64,000 bases of DNA, taken from an uncultured SAR86 cluster bacterium (GTDB taxonomy: Bacteria; Pseudomonadota; Gammaproteobacteria; Magnimaribacterales; D2472). The notes beneath the pieces were generated by a model, which had not been told where the DNA came from, did not search any database, and saw only the letters and a program-made list of their open reading frames with translations. Location: contig CACNRI010000004.1 in NCBI GenBank assembly GCA_902622845.1, forward strand, positions 82,012 through 146,011, read 5' to 3'. Below are positions 48,949 to 57,622 of the stretch, one piece after another. The position numbers were made by a program, and so were the translations under genes. Numbering within the stretch: position 1 is the first letter of the stretch; each line of letters opens with the position of its first letter.

Positions 48949-49937
48949 TAGGTTTCTCCTTTTTCGCTTTCTTCAGCTTTCTCTTCTTTTGGTTCCTCTT
49001 CAGAAACATCACTCTTAACTTCCTTTTCCTCGTTAGGGGAAGTCTCATTAGTTACTTCTGCATTTTCTTGATTTTCTGACTCTTGTTTGTCATCTTCAAC
49101 ATTAGTTTCTTCAATGCTCTCTTCAGGTAAAAAATCATCTTTCGTTGCTTCATCGACTAGATTTAAAGCTTTACCTGAAGTAATTTTTACTTCACTTACT
49201 TTATGTATGACTGGAACTGATTCATCGCTAGATGTTTCTGGAGCATAACCTTGTTTTGATTCTAGACCTCTCTCACAAGCCTCACCAATGACTTCAAGGA
49301 CTAACTTAATTGATCTGATTGCGTCATCGTTTCCAGGAATAACAACATCTATACCTTCAGGGTTAGAGTTTGTATCAACAAGACCAATAACTGGAATTCC
49401 CATTTTTTGAGCTTCAGTTACTGCAATTTTTTCATGTTTAACATCGATAACAAATAAGGCATCAGGAAGCCCTTTCATGTTTTTAATACCACCAATAGAT
49501 TCCATTAGTTTTTGATGCTCTCTTGAAATCTCAAGTGCCTCTTTTTTTGAAAGTTTTTCTATCCTGCCTGATGACATCATTTCCTCTAAATCCGATAGCC
49601 TTCTGATCGAGCTTCGAATAGTTTTCCAGTTTGTCAGTGTTCCACCAAGCCATCTTTTATCTACATAAGGAAGGCCAAGTGATGATGCTTTTTCTCTAAT
49701 TGATTTGCTTGCTGATCTTTTTGTTCCTACAAATAGTAATTTGTTTCCTCTTGAGCAAATAGATTCAACTCTAGATGCAGCTGCATTTAACTGACTTTGG
49801 GTTGTTTCTAAATTGATAATACTTATTTTTTTTCTGGTATCAAATATATATTCTTCCATTTTTGGATTCCAGAATCTTGATTGATGACCAAAATGAACAC
49901 CTGCCTGAAGCAGGTCTTTTATTGAGACAATACTCAT
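48948..49937 (-). CDS. rpsB: 30S ribosomal protein S2 with long acidic C-terminal extension
   Basis: 329 aa. The S2 core ([15 protein letters not shown] ... [12 protein letters not shown]) ends near residue 225, followed by about 100 aa of E/D/K/S/N-rich tail. A strong Shine-Dalgarno sequence AGGAGG lies upstream. Confidence 0.95.
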   Translation of the reverse strand: MSIVSIKDLLQAGVHFGHQSRFWNPKMEEYIFDTRKKISIINLETTQSQLNAAASRVESICSRGNKLLFVGTKRSASKSIREKASSLGLPYVDKRWLGGTLTNWKTIRSSIRRLSDLEEMMSSGRIEKLSKKEALEISREHQKLMESIGGIKNMKGLPDALFVIDVKHEKIAVTEAQKMGIPVIGLVDTNSNPEGIDVVIPGNDDAIRSIKLVLEVIGEACERGLESKQGYAPETSSDESVPVIHKVSEVKITSGKALNLVDEATKDDFLPEESIEETNVEDDKQESENQENAEVTNETSPNEEKEVKSDVSEEEPKEEKAEESEKGET

Positions 49938-50038
49938 ATTTTTCCTCCTGGGTTATTTCTCCAGCCTATAATTGAAAAACTTTAAAAAAAGCACCCAAAT
50001 CAATCTTTAATAAGGCTTTCGTGATTAAAAGTTAGTGT

Positions 50039-50066
50039 ATTTTATAGAAAATGATGTATAAATCAA
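50039..50066 (-). promoter_or_regulatory. candidate sigma70 promoter for rpsB-tsf
   Basis: On the minus strand: TTGATT (50066-50061), a 16-nt spacer, then TAAAAT (50044-50039). It lies about 100 nt upstream of the rpsB ATG. Such matches occur by chance in AT-rich DNA. Confidence 0.3.
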
Positions 50067-50074
50067 AGAGAAAT

Positions 50075-51184
50075 TTAATCTAACTCTTTGAATACCTTTT
50101 TGAATTGATCAGTGCCTGGGAAATTCTTGCTTTCATCTGTTGATTTTGAAAATTCTTCAAGTGCTTTGAGTTGTTTTTTATCGAGTGTTGTGGGTATTTC
50201 AACAATTACTCTGCATAATAGATCTCCCCTGCCCCTCGATCTTATGTGACTAGCACCTTTACCTTTTATTCTAAAAATTTTTCCAGTTTGAGTATATGGT
50301 GGAATTTTAAGAGAGATATTCTTTTCTAAAGATGGAATTTCAATTGTGCCTCCTGTTATAGCCTTATAAAAAGGTATAGGAGCTTCTATAAATAAATCTT
50401 TGCCATCTCTTTCGAGGATAGGATGATCATCTACTCGCACAGCAACATATAGATCTCCAGGCTGTGCATCTCTTGCCCAGTTTCCCTCTCCAGATAGTCT
50501 GACCCTGTCTCCACTATCTACTCCAGCAGGAATATTTACCGATAAAGTCTTTACCTTTTCAATAGTTCCTTTTCCTGAACATGTCGAACAAAATTCAGAA
50601 ATAACTTGGCCTGTTCCTCCACAAGTTCCACATGTTTGTTGAAGTGAAAAAAAACCTTGTTGCATTCTAATTTGGCCTGTGCCTCCACATGCTGGACAAA
50701 CTTTGGGTTTAGTTCCAGGCTTTGCTCCAGTTCCAGAACAATCATTACACTGTGATTGAACTGGCACTTTGATTTTAATCTTTGTTCCTAAAACAGCGTC
50801 TTTTAGAGATAGATTAAGATTATATTGAAGATCTTGACCCCTTCTAGCTCTTCTTGTTGTTGACCTTCCACCTCCAAATATATCTCCAAAAATATCTCCA
50901 AATATGTCTCCAATGTCAGAAAAATTCATGTCATTAAAGTTTGGACCGCCGCCCATCCCCTGAACTCCAGCATGACCGAATTGATCATATGTAGATTTTT
51001 TTTGTGGATCAGATAAAACATCATATGCTTCGGCAGCTTCTTTGAACTTTTCTGCTGCTGAATCATCATCAGGATTTCTATCAGGATGATACTTCATGGC
51101 AAGCTTTTTAAAAGCTTTTTTTAGCTCTGAGTCCGAAGCGCTTTTAGAGACTCCTAAAACATCGTAATAGTCTCTTTTTGACAT
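50075..51184 (-). CDS. dnaJ: molecular chaperone DnaJ
   Basis: 369 aa with a J domain (KYHPDRNP), a G/F region ([15 protein letters not shown]), and four CxxCxGxG zinc motifs. Confidence 0.97.
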   Translation of the reverse strand: MSKRDYYDVLGVSKSASDSELKKAFKKLAMKYHPDRNPDDDSAAEKFKEAAEAYDVLSDPQKKSTYDQFGHAGVQGMGGGPNFNDMNFSDIGDIFGDIFGDIFGGGRSTTRRARRGQDLQYNLNLSLKDAVLGTKIKIKVPVQSQCNDCSGTGAKPGTKPKVCPACGGTGQIRMQQGFFSLQQTCGTCGGTGQVISEFCSTCSGKGTIEKVKTLSVNIPAGVDSGDRVRLSGEGNWARDAQPGDLYVAVRVDDHPILERDGKDLFIEAPIPFYKAITGGTIEIPSLEKNISLKIPPYTQTGKIFRIKGKGASHIRSRGRGDLLCRVIVEIPTTLDKKQLKALEEFSKSTDESKNFPGTDQFKKVFKELD

Positions 51185-51199
51185 GGTAAAGAAGTATTA

Positions 51200-53122
51200 C
51201 TACTTATCCTCTTCTTGAACTTCCTCAAAGTCAGCTTCAACCGTATTGTCGTCACTGCTCTGAGAATCTTCAGTGCCTTCTGAGGTATTAGGCTGACCAT
51301 CTTGCTGTTGATTATAAAGTTTTGATGATAGAGGAGTTAACACATCATTCAATGCTTTAGTCGCTTCTTCAATTTGCTCAACATTTTCTGCTTTAACTGC
51401 GTCCTCAAGACCTTTAACCGCAACTTCAATTTGTTCTTTTTCCTCATCTGATAATTTATCACCCGAATCAGAAACTGTTTTTCTTGTAGCATGACATAGC
51501 ATGTCTGCATTATTTTTAACTTTTACAAGCTCTTCAAACTTAGCATCATCCTCAGCATTTGCTTCAGCATCTTTTACCATTTTTTCAATGTCTTCATCTG
51601 ATAATCCACTTGAAGCTTTAATGACTATGGATTGCTCTTTGCCAGAATTTTTATCTTTTGCTGAAACATTCAAAATACCATTAGCATCTAAATCAAAAGA
51701 AACTTCGATTTGAGGCATTCCTCTTGCTGCTGGAGGTATATCAGTAAGGTTAAATTGCCCTAATGATTTATTTTGAGCAGCCTGTTTTCTTTCACCTTGG
51801 ATTACATGAACTGTAACTGCAGTTTGGTTATCCTCGGCGGTAGAAAAAACTTGTGATTTTTGAGTTGGGATAGTCGTATTCTTTTCAATTAAAGGTGTTG
51901 CTACTCCTCCAAGAGTCTCAATTCCTAGCGTTAATGGTGTAACATCTAAAAGAAGTACGTCTTTTGTATCGCCAGATAGAACTGATCCTTGAATCGCTGC
52001 GCCAATTGCAACAGCTTCATCAGGATTTAAGTCTTTTCGTGGCTCTTTTCCAAAAAAGTCTTGAACTTTTTTCTGGACAAGAGGCATTCTAGTTTGACCG
52101 CCAACTAGAAGAATATCATCAATTTTATCCTTTGTGAGTTTTGCATCTTTTAATGCTGTTTCAAGAGGAGATATGCTTCTATCAACTAAATCTTCAACTA
52201 ATGACTCTAACTTAGCCCTGGTAATTTTTTGAACAAAGTGCTTTGGGCCACTAGCGTCCGCAGTAATGTAAGGCAAATTAACTTCTGTCTGCTCTGAAGA
52301 AGATAATTCTATTTTTGCCTTTTCGGCAGCCTCTTTCAATCTTTGAAGAGCTAACGGATCACTTTTCAAATCAAACCCTGAATCTTTTTTAAACTCTTCA
52401 ACAAAAAAGTCTATCAGTCTTAAATCAAAATCCTCTCCTCCAAGGAAAGTATCTCCATTTGTTGATAGCACCTCAAACTGATGTTCGCCATCAACTTCCG
52501 ATATTTCAATTATCGAAATATCAAAAGTTCCGCCACCAAGGTCATATACAGCAATAACTGAATCTCCTTTACCTTTATCAAGGCCATAGGCCAATGCAGC
52601 TGCAGTTGGTTCATTAATTATTCGCTTAACTTCTAAGCCTGCTATCTTCCCGGCATCTTTAGTGGCCTGTCTTTGGGAGTCATTAAAATAAGCTGGGACA
52701 GTTATAACTGCTTCCTTAACATCTGTGCCAAGATAATCTTCAGCAGTTTTTTTCATTTTCTTGAGTATTTCTGCAGAAACTTGTGGTGGTGCTAATTTTT
52801 TGTCATCTACCCCAACCCAAGCATCACCATTGTCTGCTTTGATGATCTTGTAAGGAACCATATCAGCATCTTTTTTAACAACATCATCGCTAAACCTTCT
52901 TCCAATTAATCTTTTAATGGCATATAGAGTTTTTTCAGGATTGGTGACAGCCTGTCTTTTGGCAGGTGTTCCAACAAGAACTTCATCACCATCAGTATAA
53001 GCAATAACTGAAGGAGTGGTTCTTCCACCTTCAGAATTTTCAATAACTTTTGGCTGTTGCCCCTCTACAACAGCAACACAACTATTTGTTGTACCTAAAT
53101 CTATTCCTATTATTTTTGACAT
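51200..53122 (-). CDS. dnaK: molecular chaperone DnaK (Hsp70)
   Basis: 640 aa with [22 protein letters not shown] and a typical substrate-binding domain and lid. Confidence 0.98.
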   Translation of the reverse strand: MSKIIGIDLGTTNSCVAVVEGQQPKVIENSEGGRTTPSVIAYTDGDEVLVGTPAKRQAVTNPEKTLYAIKRLIGRRFSDDVVKKDADMVPYKIIKADNGDAWVGVDDKKLAPPQVSAEILKKMKKTAEDYLGTDVKEAVITVPAYFNDSQRQATKDAGKIAGLEVKRIINEPTAAALAYGLDKGKGDSVIAVYDLGGGTFDISIIEISEVDGEHQFEVLSTNGDTFLGGEDFDLRLIDFFVEEFKKDSGFDLKSDPLALQRLKEAAEKAKIELSSSEQTEVNLPYITADASGPKHFVQKITRAKLESLVEDLVDRSISPLETALKDAKLTKDKIDDILLVGGQTRMPLVQKKVQDFFGKEPRKDLNPDEAVAIGAAIQGSVLSGDTKDVLLLDVTPLTLGIETLGGVATPLIEKNTTIPTQKSQVFSTAEDNQTAVTVHVIQGERKQAAQNKSLGQFNLTDIPPAARGMPQIEVSFDLDANGILNVSAKDKNSGKEQSIVIKASSGLSDEDIEKMVKDAEANAEDDAKFEELVKVKNNADMLCHATRKTVSDSGDKLSDEEKEQIEVAVKGLEDAVKAENVEQIEEATKALNDVLTPLSSKLYNQQQDGQPNTSEGTEDSQSSDDNTVEADFEEVQEEDK

Positions 53123-53131
53123 AAATTTCCT

Positions 53132-53650
53132 CTAATTTTTTACGACCACAACTCTTGCTGGTCTAATAACTCTCTCATGAAGTTTCCATCCCTTTTGCAT
53201 CACTTCAACAATCTTGTTGTCAGCATGTTTTCCATCCTTAACTACAGAGACAGCCTCGTGCTGAATAGGATCAAAATCCTCACTAATGGGATAAATAGGA
53301 CTAATTCCAAATTTATCAAGAGCAGACTCAAAAGACTTAAGTGTTAGCTCAATACCCTCTTTATCAGAATCAGAAACATCCTTACTTAGATTCTTCAAAG
53401 CGTGTTCTAAATTATCTACAACAGGCAATAATTCTAAAAGCAATCTCTCAACACCATATTTATGAGCTTTCTCAACTTCAGCAACAGAACGCTTCTGTGA
53501 ATTATCAAGTTCAGCTCTTAATCTAAGTATCGTGTCTTCTAATTCAGCTATTCTTTCTTCATCTGAAACTTCATTGGACTCCTCAAGTTCATCAGTTTCA
53601 GATTCGGAATGAATATCATCTGTGATATCTTCATTCTTTTCTTTAGACAT
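53132..53650 (-). CDS. grpE: nucleotide exchange factor GrpE
   Basis: 172 aa with an acidic N-terminus, a long helix (LRLRAELDNSQKR) and a C-terminal beta domain. It ends 9 nt upstream of dnaK. Confidence 0.9.
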   Translation of the reverse strand: MSKEKNEDITDDIHSESETDELEESNEVSDEERIAELEDTILRLRAELDNSQKRSVAEVEKAHKYGVERLLLELLPVVDNLEHALKNLSKDVSDSDKEGIELTLKSFESALDKFGISPIYPISEDFDPIQHEAVSVVKDGKHADNKIVEVMQKGWKLHERVIRPARVVVVKN

Positions 53651-53668
53651 ATTTTCTCCCTAGAAGAT

Positions 53669-53696
53669 ATATAGGGATTTGTGGAATTACTTCAAG
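53669..53696 (-). promoter_or_regulatory. candidate sigma32 heat-shock promoter for grpE-dnaK-dnaJ
   Basis: On the minus strand: CTTGAA (53696-53691), a 14-nt spacer, then CCCTATAT (53676-53669). The consensus is CTTGAA-N13-15-CCCCATNT. It fits inside the 52-bp fur-grpE spacer, about 18 nt upstream of the grpE ATG and its GGGAG Shine-Dalgarno sequence. Confidence 0.55.
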
Positions 53697-53702
53697 CTTT
53701 TT

Positions 53703-54113
53703 TTAATCAGTCTTTTTGACGAAAATAACTGAACTTCTATCTACAATCTCATACCCGTGAGAAGCTGCAATATCATCCTGTTTCTTTTCAATTTCTGGAT
53801 CATGAAACTCGATAGTTTTTCCAGTATCAACGCAAACCATATGGTCATGATGATGATCTTGGGTCATCTCGTAGACTGAGTGTCCCTCTTCAAAGTTATG
53901 CCTGGTAACTATTCCAGCTGATTCAAATTGTGATAGGACTCTATAAACAGTTGCTAAGCCAACATCGTCACCACTCGTGAGAAGATCTTTATAAATATCT
54001 TCTGCGCTTAGATGAACTTCACTATCGATAGTTTTAGCCAATACCTCAAGTATCAACATTCTTGGTAAAGTTGCTTTAAGTCCAGCTTTTTTAACAGCGT
54101 CTTGTGTGCTCAT
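53703..54113 (-). CDS. fur: ferric uptake regulator
   Basis: 136 aa with a winged-helix N-terminus and HHHDHMVCVDTGKTIEF, the Pseudomonas-type single-Cys metal site. It is divergent from bamE, as in Pseudomonas. Confidence 0.93.
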   Translation of the reverse strand: MSTQDAVKKAGLKATLPRMLILEVLAKTIDSEVHLSAEDIYKDLLTSGDDVGLATVYRVLSQFESAGIVTRHNFEEGHSVYEMTQDHHHDHMVCVDTGKTIEFHDPEIEKKQDDIAASHGYEIVDRSSVIFVKKTD

Positions 54114-54150
54114 AAAGTTATAGATTAATTTACTTCCTTTAGTATAATCG

Positions 54151-54483
54151 ATGAATATTATGAAAGAAAATCTAAAAGTTTCAACTGCATTTCTGCTTAT
54201 TTTTTTAATTTCTGCCTGTTCATCTTTCAGCTTTTATAAGGTACCAGTTACTCAAGGTAATATTTTTGAAGAAGAGGATATTGAAAAGCTTCAAGTTGGT
54301 CAGTCAATGGATCAAGTACAGTTCATTTTAGGTTCACCAATGATAAAAGATCCTTTTCACTCAAATAGATGGGATTATTTAAATCTTGTTACAGTTGGAG
54401 ATGAGAAAATTGTTGAAAAGAAACTTGTTGTAATCTTTGATGATGAAAACCTATTATCATCCTGGAAAATTGTTTCAGAATAG
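54151..54483 (+). CDS. bamE: outer membrane protein assembly factor BamE (OmlA/SmpA)
   Basis: 110 aa with the lipobox ISAC. QGNIFEEEDIEKLQVGQSMDQVQFILGSPMIKDPF parallels E. coli BamE ([35 protein letters not shown]). Confidence 0.85.
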   Translation: MNIMKENLKVSTAFLLIFLISACSSFSFYKVPVTQGNIFEEEDIEKLQVGQSMDQVQFILGSPMIKDPFHSNRWDYLNLVTVGDEKIVEKKLVVIFDDENLLSSWKIVSE

Positions 54484-54494
54484 AATTTCTTTTT

Positions 54495-54941
54495 TTAGTT
54501 CTCTGTTTTATTTCTTGCAGCTAAATCATTAACAAAGCTATCAAGAAAAACATTTACAAATTTTTCTACTGTTGAGTCACTTAAGAGGATCCCTAAAAAA
54601 TAAGGAACCTTTGCATTAGCTTTAAATGAAATCCTACAACTTTTATCATTTAGATGTTCGACATCCCAAGAAGCATTCATTTCCTCAAATGGTCCTTTAA
54701 TTTGAGTTATCAGAATTCTTTCATCCTCGATAACGTTTCCTGACTTAATTTTATAACTCACGCCAGCAATCTCAAATTCAAGCTCGCCAATTTGAGAAAA
54801 ATCTTTGTTGTCAGTATTTAATGACCTTGATGCATTACAAAAGGGTAAATATTGTTCATACCTTTCAAAGTTTGCTACTTGCTCAAATACTAGAGTGTGC
54901 TTAAAAGGAAGAATACGAGTTACTTCGAAATTTCTTTTCAT
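54495..54941 (-). CDS. ratA: SRPBCC-fold RatA/YfjG (CoQ10-like) family protein
   Basis: 148 aa with Y.QYLPFC..SR and GPFEEMNASWDV....C.ISF blocks that parallel E. coli RatA. It has the conserved bamE/ratA/smpB neighbourhood, but no ratB partner is adjacent. Confidence 0.75.
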   Translation of the reverse strand: MKRNFEVTRILPFKHTLVFEQVANFERYEQYLPFCNASRSLNTDNKDFSQIGELEFEIAGVSYKIKSGNVIEDERILITQIKGPFEEMNASWDVEHLNDKSCRISFKANAKVPYFLGILLSDSTVEKFVNVFLDSFVNDLAARNKTEN

Positions 54942-54944
54942 TAA

Positions 54945-56282
54945 TCATATTTGTGTAATTAAAATCGCTCCCACTGCAATTGGGGCCACAAACCTTATAA
55001 AGAAGTACCAAGTATTTAAAAATCCATCGCTTAATTGCAATTGTTCTTGAATCAGTTCTTTTTTCATAAACCAACCTACAAAAATTGCTACAAAAAGCCC
55101 ACCTAAAGGTAAAAGTAAGTTATTTCCTATAAAAACAATAGAATCAAGGATTGTTCTATCTCCGAGAAGTTGGAAGTCGCTTAAAATATTAAAACTAAGG
55201 ACGCTTCCTATTCCAAGAAACCATGCTAAAAAGCCAAAGATGAATGCGGCACTCTTTCTTGAAATAATATTCTTTTCTGAAAAGTAGGCTACACTTGGCT
55301 CCAATAAAGATATAGAGGAGCTCAGTGAAGCAATAACAAGCAGTATAAAAAATAAAGGTCCAAAAACTTGCCCCAAAAACATTGTTTCGAATGTTTGTGA
55401 AAGTGTTATAAACACTAACCCAACTCCACCACTATTTACTTCAAGTCCTGATGCAAAGATTATTGGGAATATTGCAAGGCCTGCCATTAGAGCAACAAGC
55501 GTATCTAAGCCACCAACGGTTATTGAGGTACTTAATATTTTTTGATCATCTGACATATATGCTCCATATGTCATGATTGCTCCCATACCTAAACTTAAAC
55601 TAAAAAAAGCTTGCCCCATGGCGCTTAAGAATGTCTGAGGATTTACCTGACTGAAATCAGGACTAAATAGGAACTTTAGACCTCTTAGAAAATCACCATT
55701 AATAACCGCATTTAAAACCATTAGAATCAAAATGAAACCGAGAAGAGGCATGAGAACTCTTACGAATCTCCCAATTCCATTTTTAATACCACTAGCTATA
55801 ACTCCTGCTGTAACTAATATAAAAACAGTGTGCCAAATTAGTAAGTTAGAGGCTGAAGATGTAGTAATGCTGAACTGCTCTTCAGAGGATAGTTGTAAAT
55901 CAGGAAGAGCTGAAATAAAAATATAATTTATACAAATGCCAGCTAGGACACTGTAAAAGGATAGTATTAATATACCAGCAACAAGTCCGCCCCACCCTAT
56001 AAGCTGCCAATTGGAAGATCTATTTGAGTCTAAAGCTGCAGACTTCATTGAGTTAACTGGACTGCTAGAGGCTCTTCTTCCAATTATTATTTCAGCCATC
56101 ATAATTGGTAAGCCTATTATTAAAATACATGCTAAATAAATTAAAACAAATGCTCCACCACCATTGGTTCCAGCCATGTAAGGAAATCCCCATATATTTC
56201 CCAATCCAACAGCAGAGCCAGTAGCTGCTAAAATAAAGGTCCACTTGCCTGACCATTTTCCATGAGATTTTAACTGTTCCAT
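54945..56282 (-). CDS. sodium-dependent transporter, neurotransmitter:sodium symporter (SNF) family
   Basis: 445 aa with about 11-12 TM segments and the N-terminal signature FILAATGSAVGLGNIWGFPY. Confidence 0.9.
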   Translation of the reverse strand: MEQLKSHGKWSGKWTFILAATGSAVGLGNIWGFPYMAGTNGGGAFVLIYLACILIIGLPIMMAEIIIGRRASSSPVNSMKSAALDSNRSSNWQLIGWGGLVAGILILSFYSVLAGICINYIFISALPDLQLSSEEQFSITTSSASNLLIWHTVFILVTAGVIASGIKNGIGRFVRVLMPLLGFILILMVLNAVINGDFLRGLKFLFSPDFSQVNPQTFLSAMGQAFFSLSLGMGAIMTYGAYMSDDQKILSTSITVGGLDTLVALMAGLAIFPIIFASGLEVNSGGVGLVFITLSQTFETMFLGQVFGPLFFILLVIASLSSSISLLEPSVAYFSEKNIISRKSAAFIFGFLAWFLGIGSVLSFNILSDFQLLGDRTILDSIVFIGNNLLLPLGGLFVAIFVGWFMKKELIQEQLQLSDGFLNTWYFFIRFVAPIAVGAILITQI

Positions 56283-56294
56283 TTTTGCCTCCAG

Positions 56295-56726
56295 CTAGGT
56301 ATATGGGTTAAAAACAAATGCAAGACATATAAAATAGCAGATTGTTACTAATAAAGTAAGAATCCTTCTCATTTCGGCATATTCGCTATCATTTTTAAAA
56401 CTAGAGTTATTTTTAGTTTCGTAAAAGAGAAATAATGGAAATGCTAAAAAGCAGATCACTAAAGCAATAAGAAAGTTTTCAAAAACAAAAAATATAATTA
56501 CCAAATTTATAAATGTGCATGCTATGCCAAATCTTATATTAGCCGAGCTATTCGGGGTCCATCCCCAGGCCGTCCCACCCAAGAATGAAATAATTACTCC
56601 GCCATAAAATGAAATTGCCTTCAGTGAGATTTCAGAAAAATCAGAACTAAGCCATGGCGCTATTGTAAAAAGTATAAATGGCAGTACTCCAAGATATCCG
56701 TAAAATTGAATGATTTTTAAGGGCAT
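56295..56726 (-). CDS. small polytopic membrane protein (DUF3429-like), function unknown
   Basis: The ORF track extends to 56852, which would overlap the divergent smpB 5' end by 80 nt. The internal Met43 (ATG 56726-56724, MPLKIIQFYGYLGVLPF...) removes that overlap. The protein is hydrophobic with 4-5 TM segments and a YGGVIISFLGGTAWGW block. Confidence 0.5.
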   Translation of the reverse strand: MPLKIIQFYGYLGVLPFILFTIAPWLSSDFSEISLKAISFYGGVIISFLGGTAWGWTPNSSANIRFGIACTFINLVIIFFVFENFLIALVICFLAFPLFLFYETKNNSSFKNDSEYAEMRRILTLLVTICYFICLAFVFNPYT

Positions 56727-56772
56727 ATATAATCTTATTGCGTCTATTGATTCTAAGTTAAAATTATAAGTT

Positions 56773-57228
56773 ATGACCGCAATTGTCACTAATAAAAATG
56801 CTTCAAGGAACTTTACTTTTATTAAGTCTTTCGAAGCAGGGATTATGCTCAAGGGCTGGGAAGTTAAATCTCTCAGAGAAGGAAGAGTTGACGTTAAAGA
56901 TTCCTATGTGCGGCTAATTAAGGAAGAAGCTTGGCTTATTGGCCTTAAAATTGATCCACCAAGTTCTCTGAAAAATGAAAACCTTGATCCGACCAGATCA
57001 AAAAAACTTTTATTAAATAAAAAAGAGATATTCCAATTAGAAGATTCCGTTAAGAAAAAGGGTCTTACGTGCGTTTTAAAAAAGATGTATTGGAAAAACA
57101 ATCTTGTTAAATGCGATATTGTAGTTGGAAAGGGTAAAAAATCATATGACAGAAGACAGGATATTAAAGAAAGAGATTGGAAAAGAGACCAGGCAAGGAC
57201 ATTAAAATCTTCTCTTAAAAATAAATAA
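56773..57228 (+). CDS. smpB: SsrA-binding protein SmpB
   Basis: 151 aa, collinear with E. coli SmpB (FEAGIMLKGWEVKSLREG, DPTRSKKLLLNKKE, YWKNNLVKCDIVVGKGKK, DKR.DIKERDW). Confidence 0.95.
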   Translation: MTAIVTNKNASRNFTFIKSFEAGIMLKGWEVKSLREGRVDVKDSYVRLIKEEAWLIGLKIDPPSSLKNENLDPTRSKKLLLNKKEIFQLEDSVKKKGLTCVLKKMYWKNNLVKCDIVVGKGKKSYDRRQDIKERDWKRDQARTLKSSLKNK

Positions 57229-57233
57229 TATTG

Positions 57234-57239
57234 TATAAT
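57234..57239 (+). promoter_or_regulatory. candidate -10 element for ssrA
   Basis: A perfect TATAAT lies 13 nt before the mature tmRNA 5' end, just after the smpB stop. No convincing -35 element is present. Confidence 0.35.
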
Positions 57240-57252
57240 TTCATCCCTTTTT

Positions 57253-57603
57253 GGGGGCGAATAGGATTCGACGTTTTTATTGGATTCCAAAGCGCATGTC
57301 AAGAATGAAGTTTTCTTGTAAAAATTACTTCAAAATTTTAGTTGCAAATAACGACAACTACGCTTTAGCTGCTTAAATAGCTAAACCTGCTGTAAAGAAT
57401 GGTTACGGTCTGAAACAGCGGTCATTTACGTAGCCTAGTTAAGTTGTGCTTCTCGAGCATAAATTGATGAAACTTAAATCGAGATCTACCTTGATGTCCT
57501 GCTCTTCGGGTTTTCAAGGCAAATGATAATAGAATGAGCTAAACATGTAGAAGCGAGGTTGAAGGACTAACGGACGCGGGTTCAATTCCCGCCGCCTCCA
57601 CCA
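57253..57603 (+). ncRNA. ssrA: transfer-messenger RNA (tmRNA)
   Basis: 351 nt. The 5' GGGGGCG pairs with the 3' CGCCUCC-A-CCA (G3:U70 alanine identity). The T-arm is GGACGCGGGTTCAATTCCCGCCGCCTCCACCA. The tag reading frame at 57344-57376 (GCA AAT AAC GAC AAC TAC GCT TTA GCT GCT TAA) encodes ANNDNYALAA. Confidence 0.95.
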
Positions 57604-57622
57604 TTTAGTATAAAATGATTAC

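Noticed and set aside
48860-49048. A highly basic 62-aa ORF (…[16 protein letters not shown]…) in another frame over the rpsB tail and tsf start.
   Set aside because: It is the expected frame-shifted reading of GAA/GAG-rich acidic-tail codons (GAA read as AAG). There is no independent support.
50875-50915. A tandem ~12-nt repeat (ATATCTCCAAA, three copies) in dnaJ.
   Set aside because: It is the coding sequence of the normal G/F-region repeat [12 protein letters not shown]. It is not a repeat element.
54141-54170. A possible Fur box and -10 element (TATAAT at 54143-54148) in the 37-bp fur|bamE spacer.
   Set aside because: My best alignment to the 19-bp Fur-box consensus gives only about 9 of 19 matches. 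The TATAAT sits 3 nt before the annotated bamE ATG. It would imply a near-leaderless mRNA or a start at Met4 (54160), and I cannot support either from sequence alone.
54495-54941. RatA as the toxin of a RatA/RatB toxin-antitoxin system.
   Set aside because: No ratB or any small partner ORF is adjacent. The gene sits in its conserved housekeeping neighbourhood (bamE/smpB) and is better described as an SRPBCC/CoQ10-like protein.
56904-57302. A 132-aa ORF antisense to smpB that runs into the 5' part of the tmRNA gene.
   Set aside because: It overlaps two confidently identified genes (smpB and ssrA) on the opposite strand and shows no recognisable motif. It is a shadow ORF.
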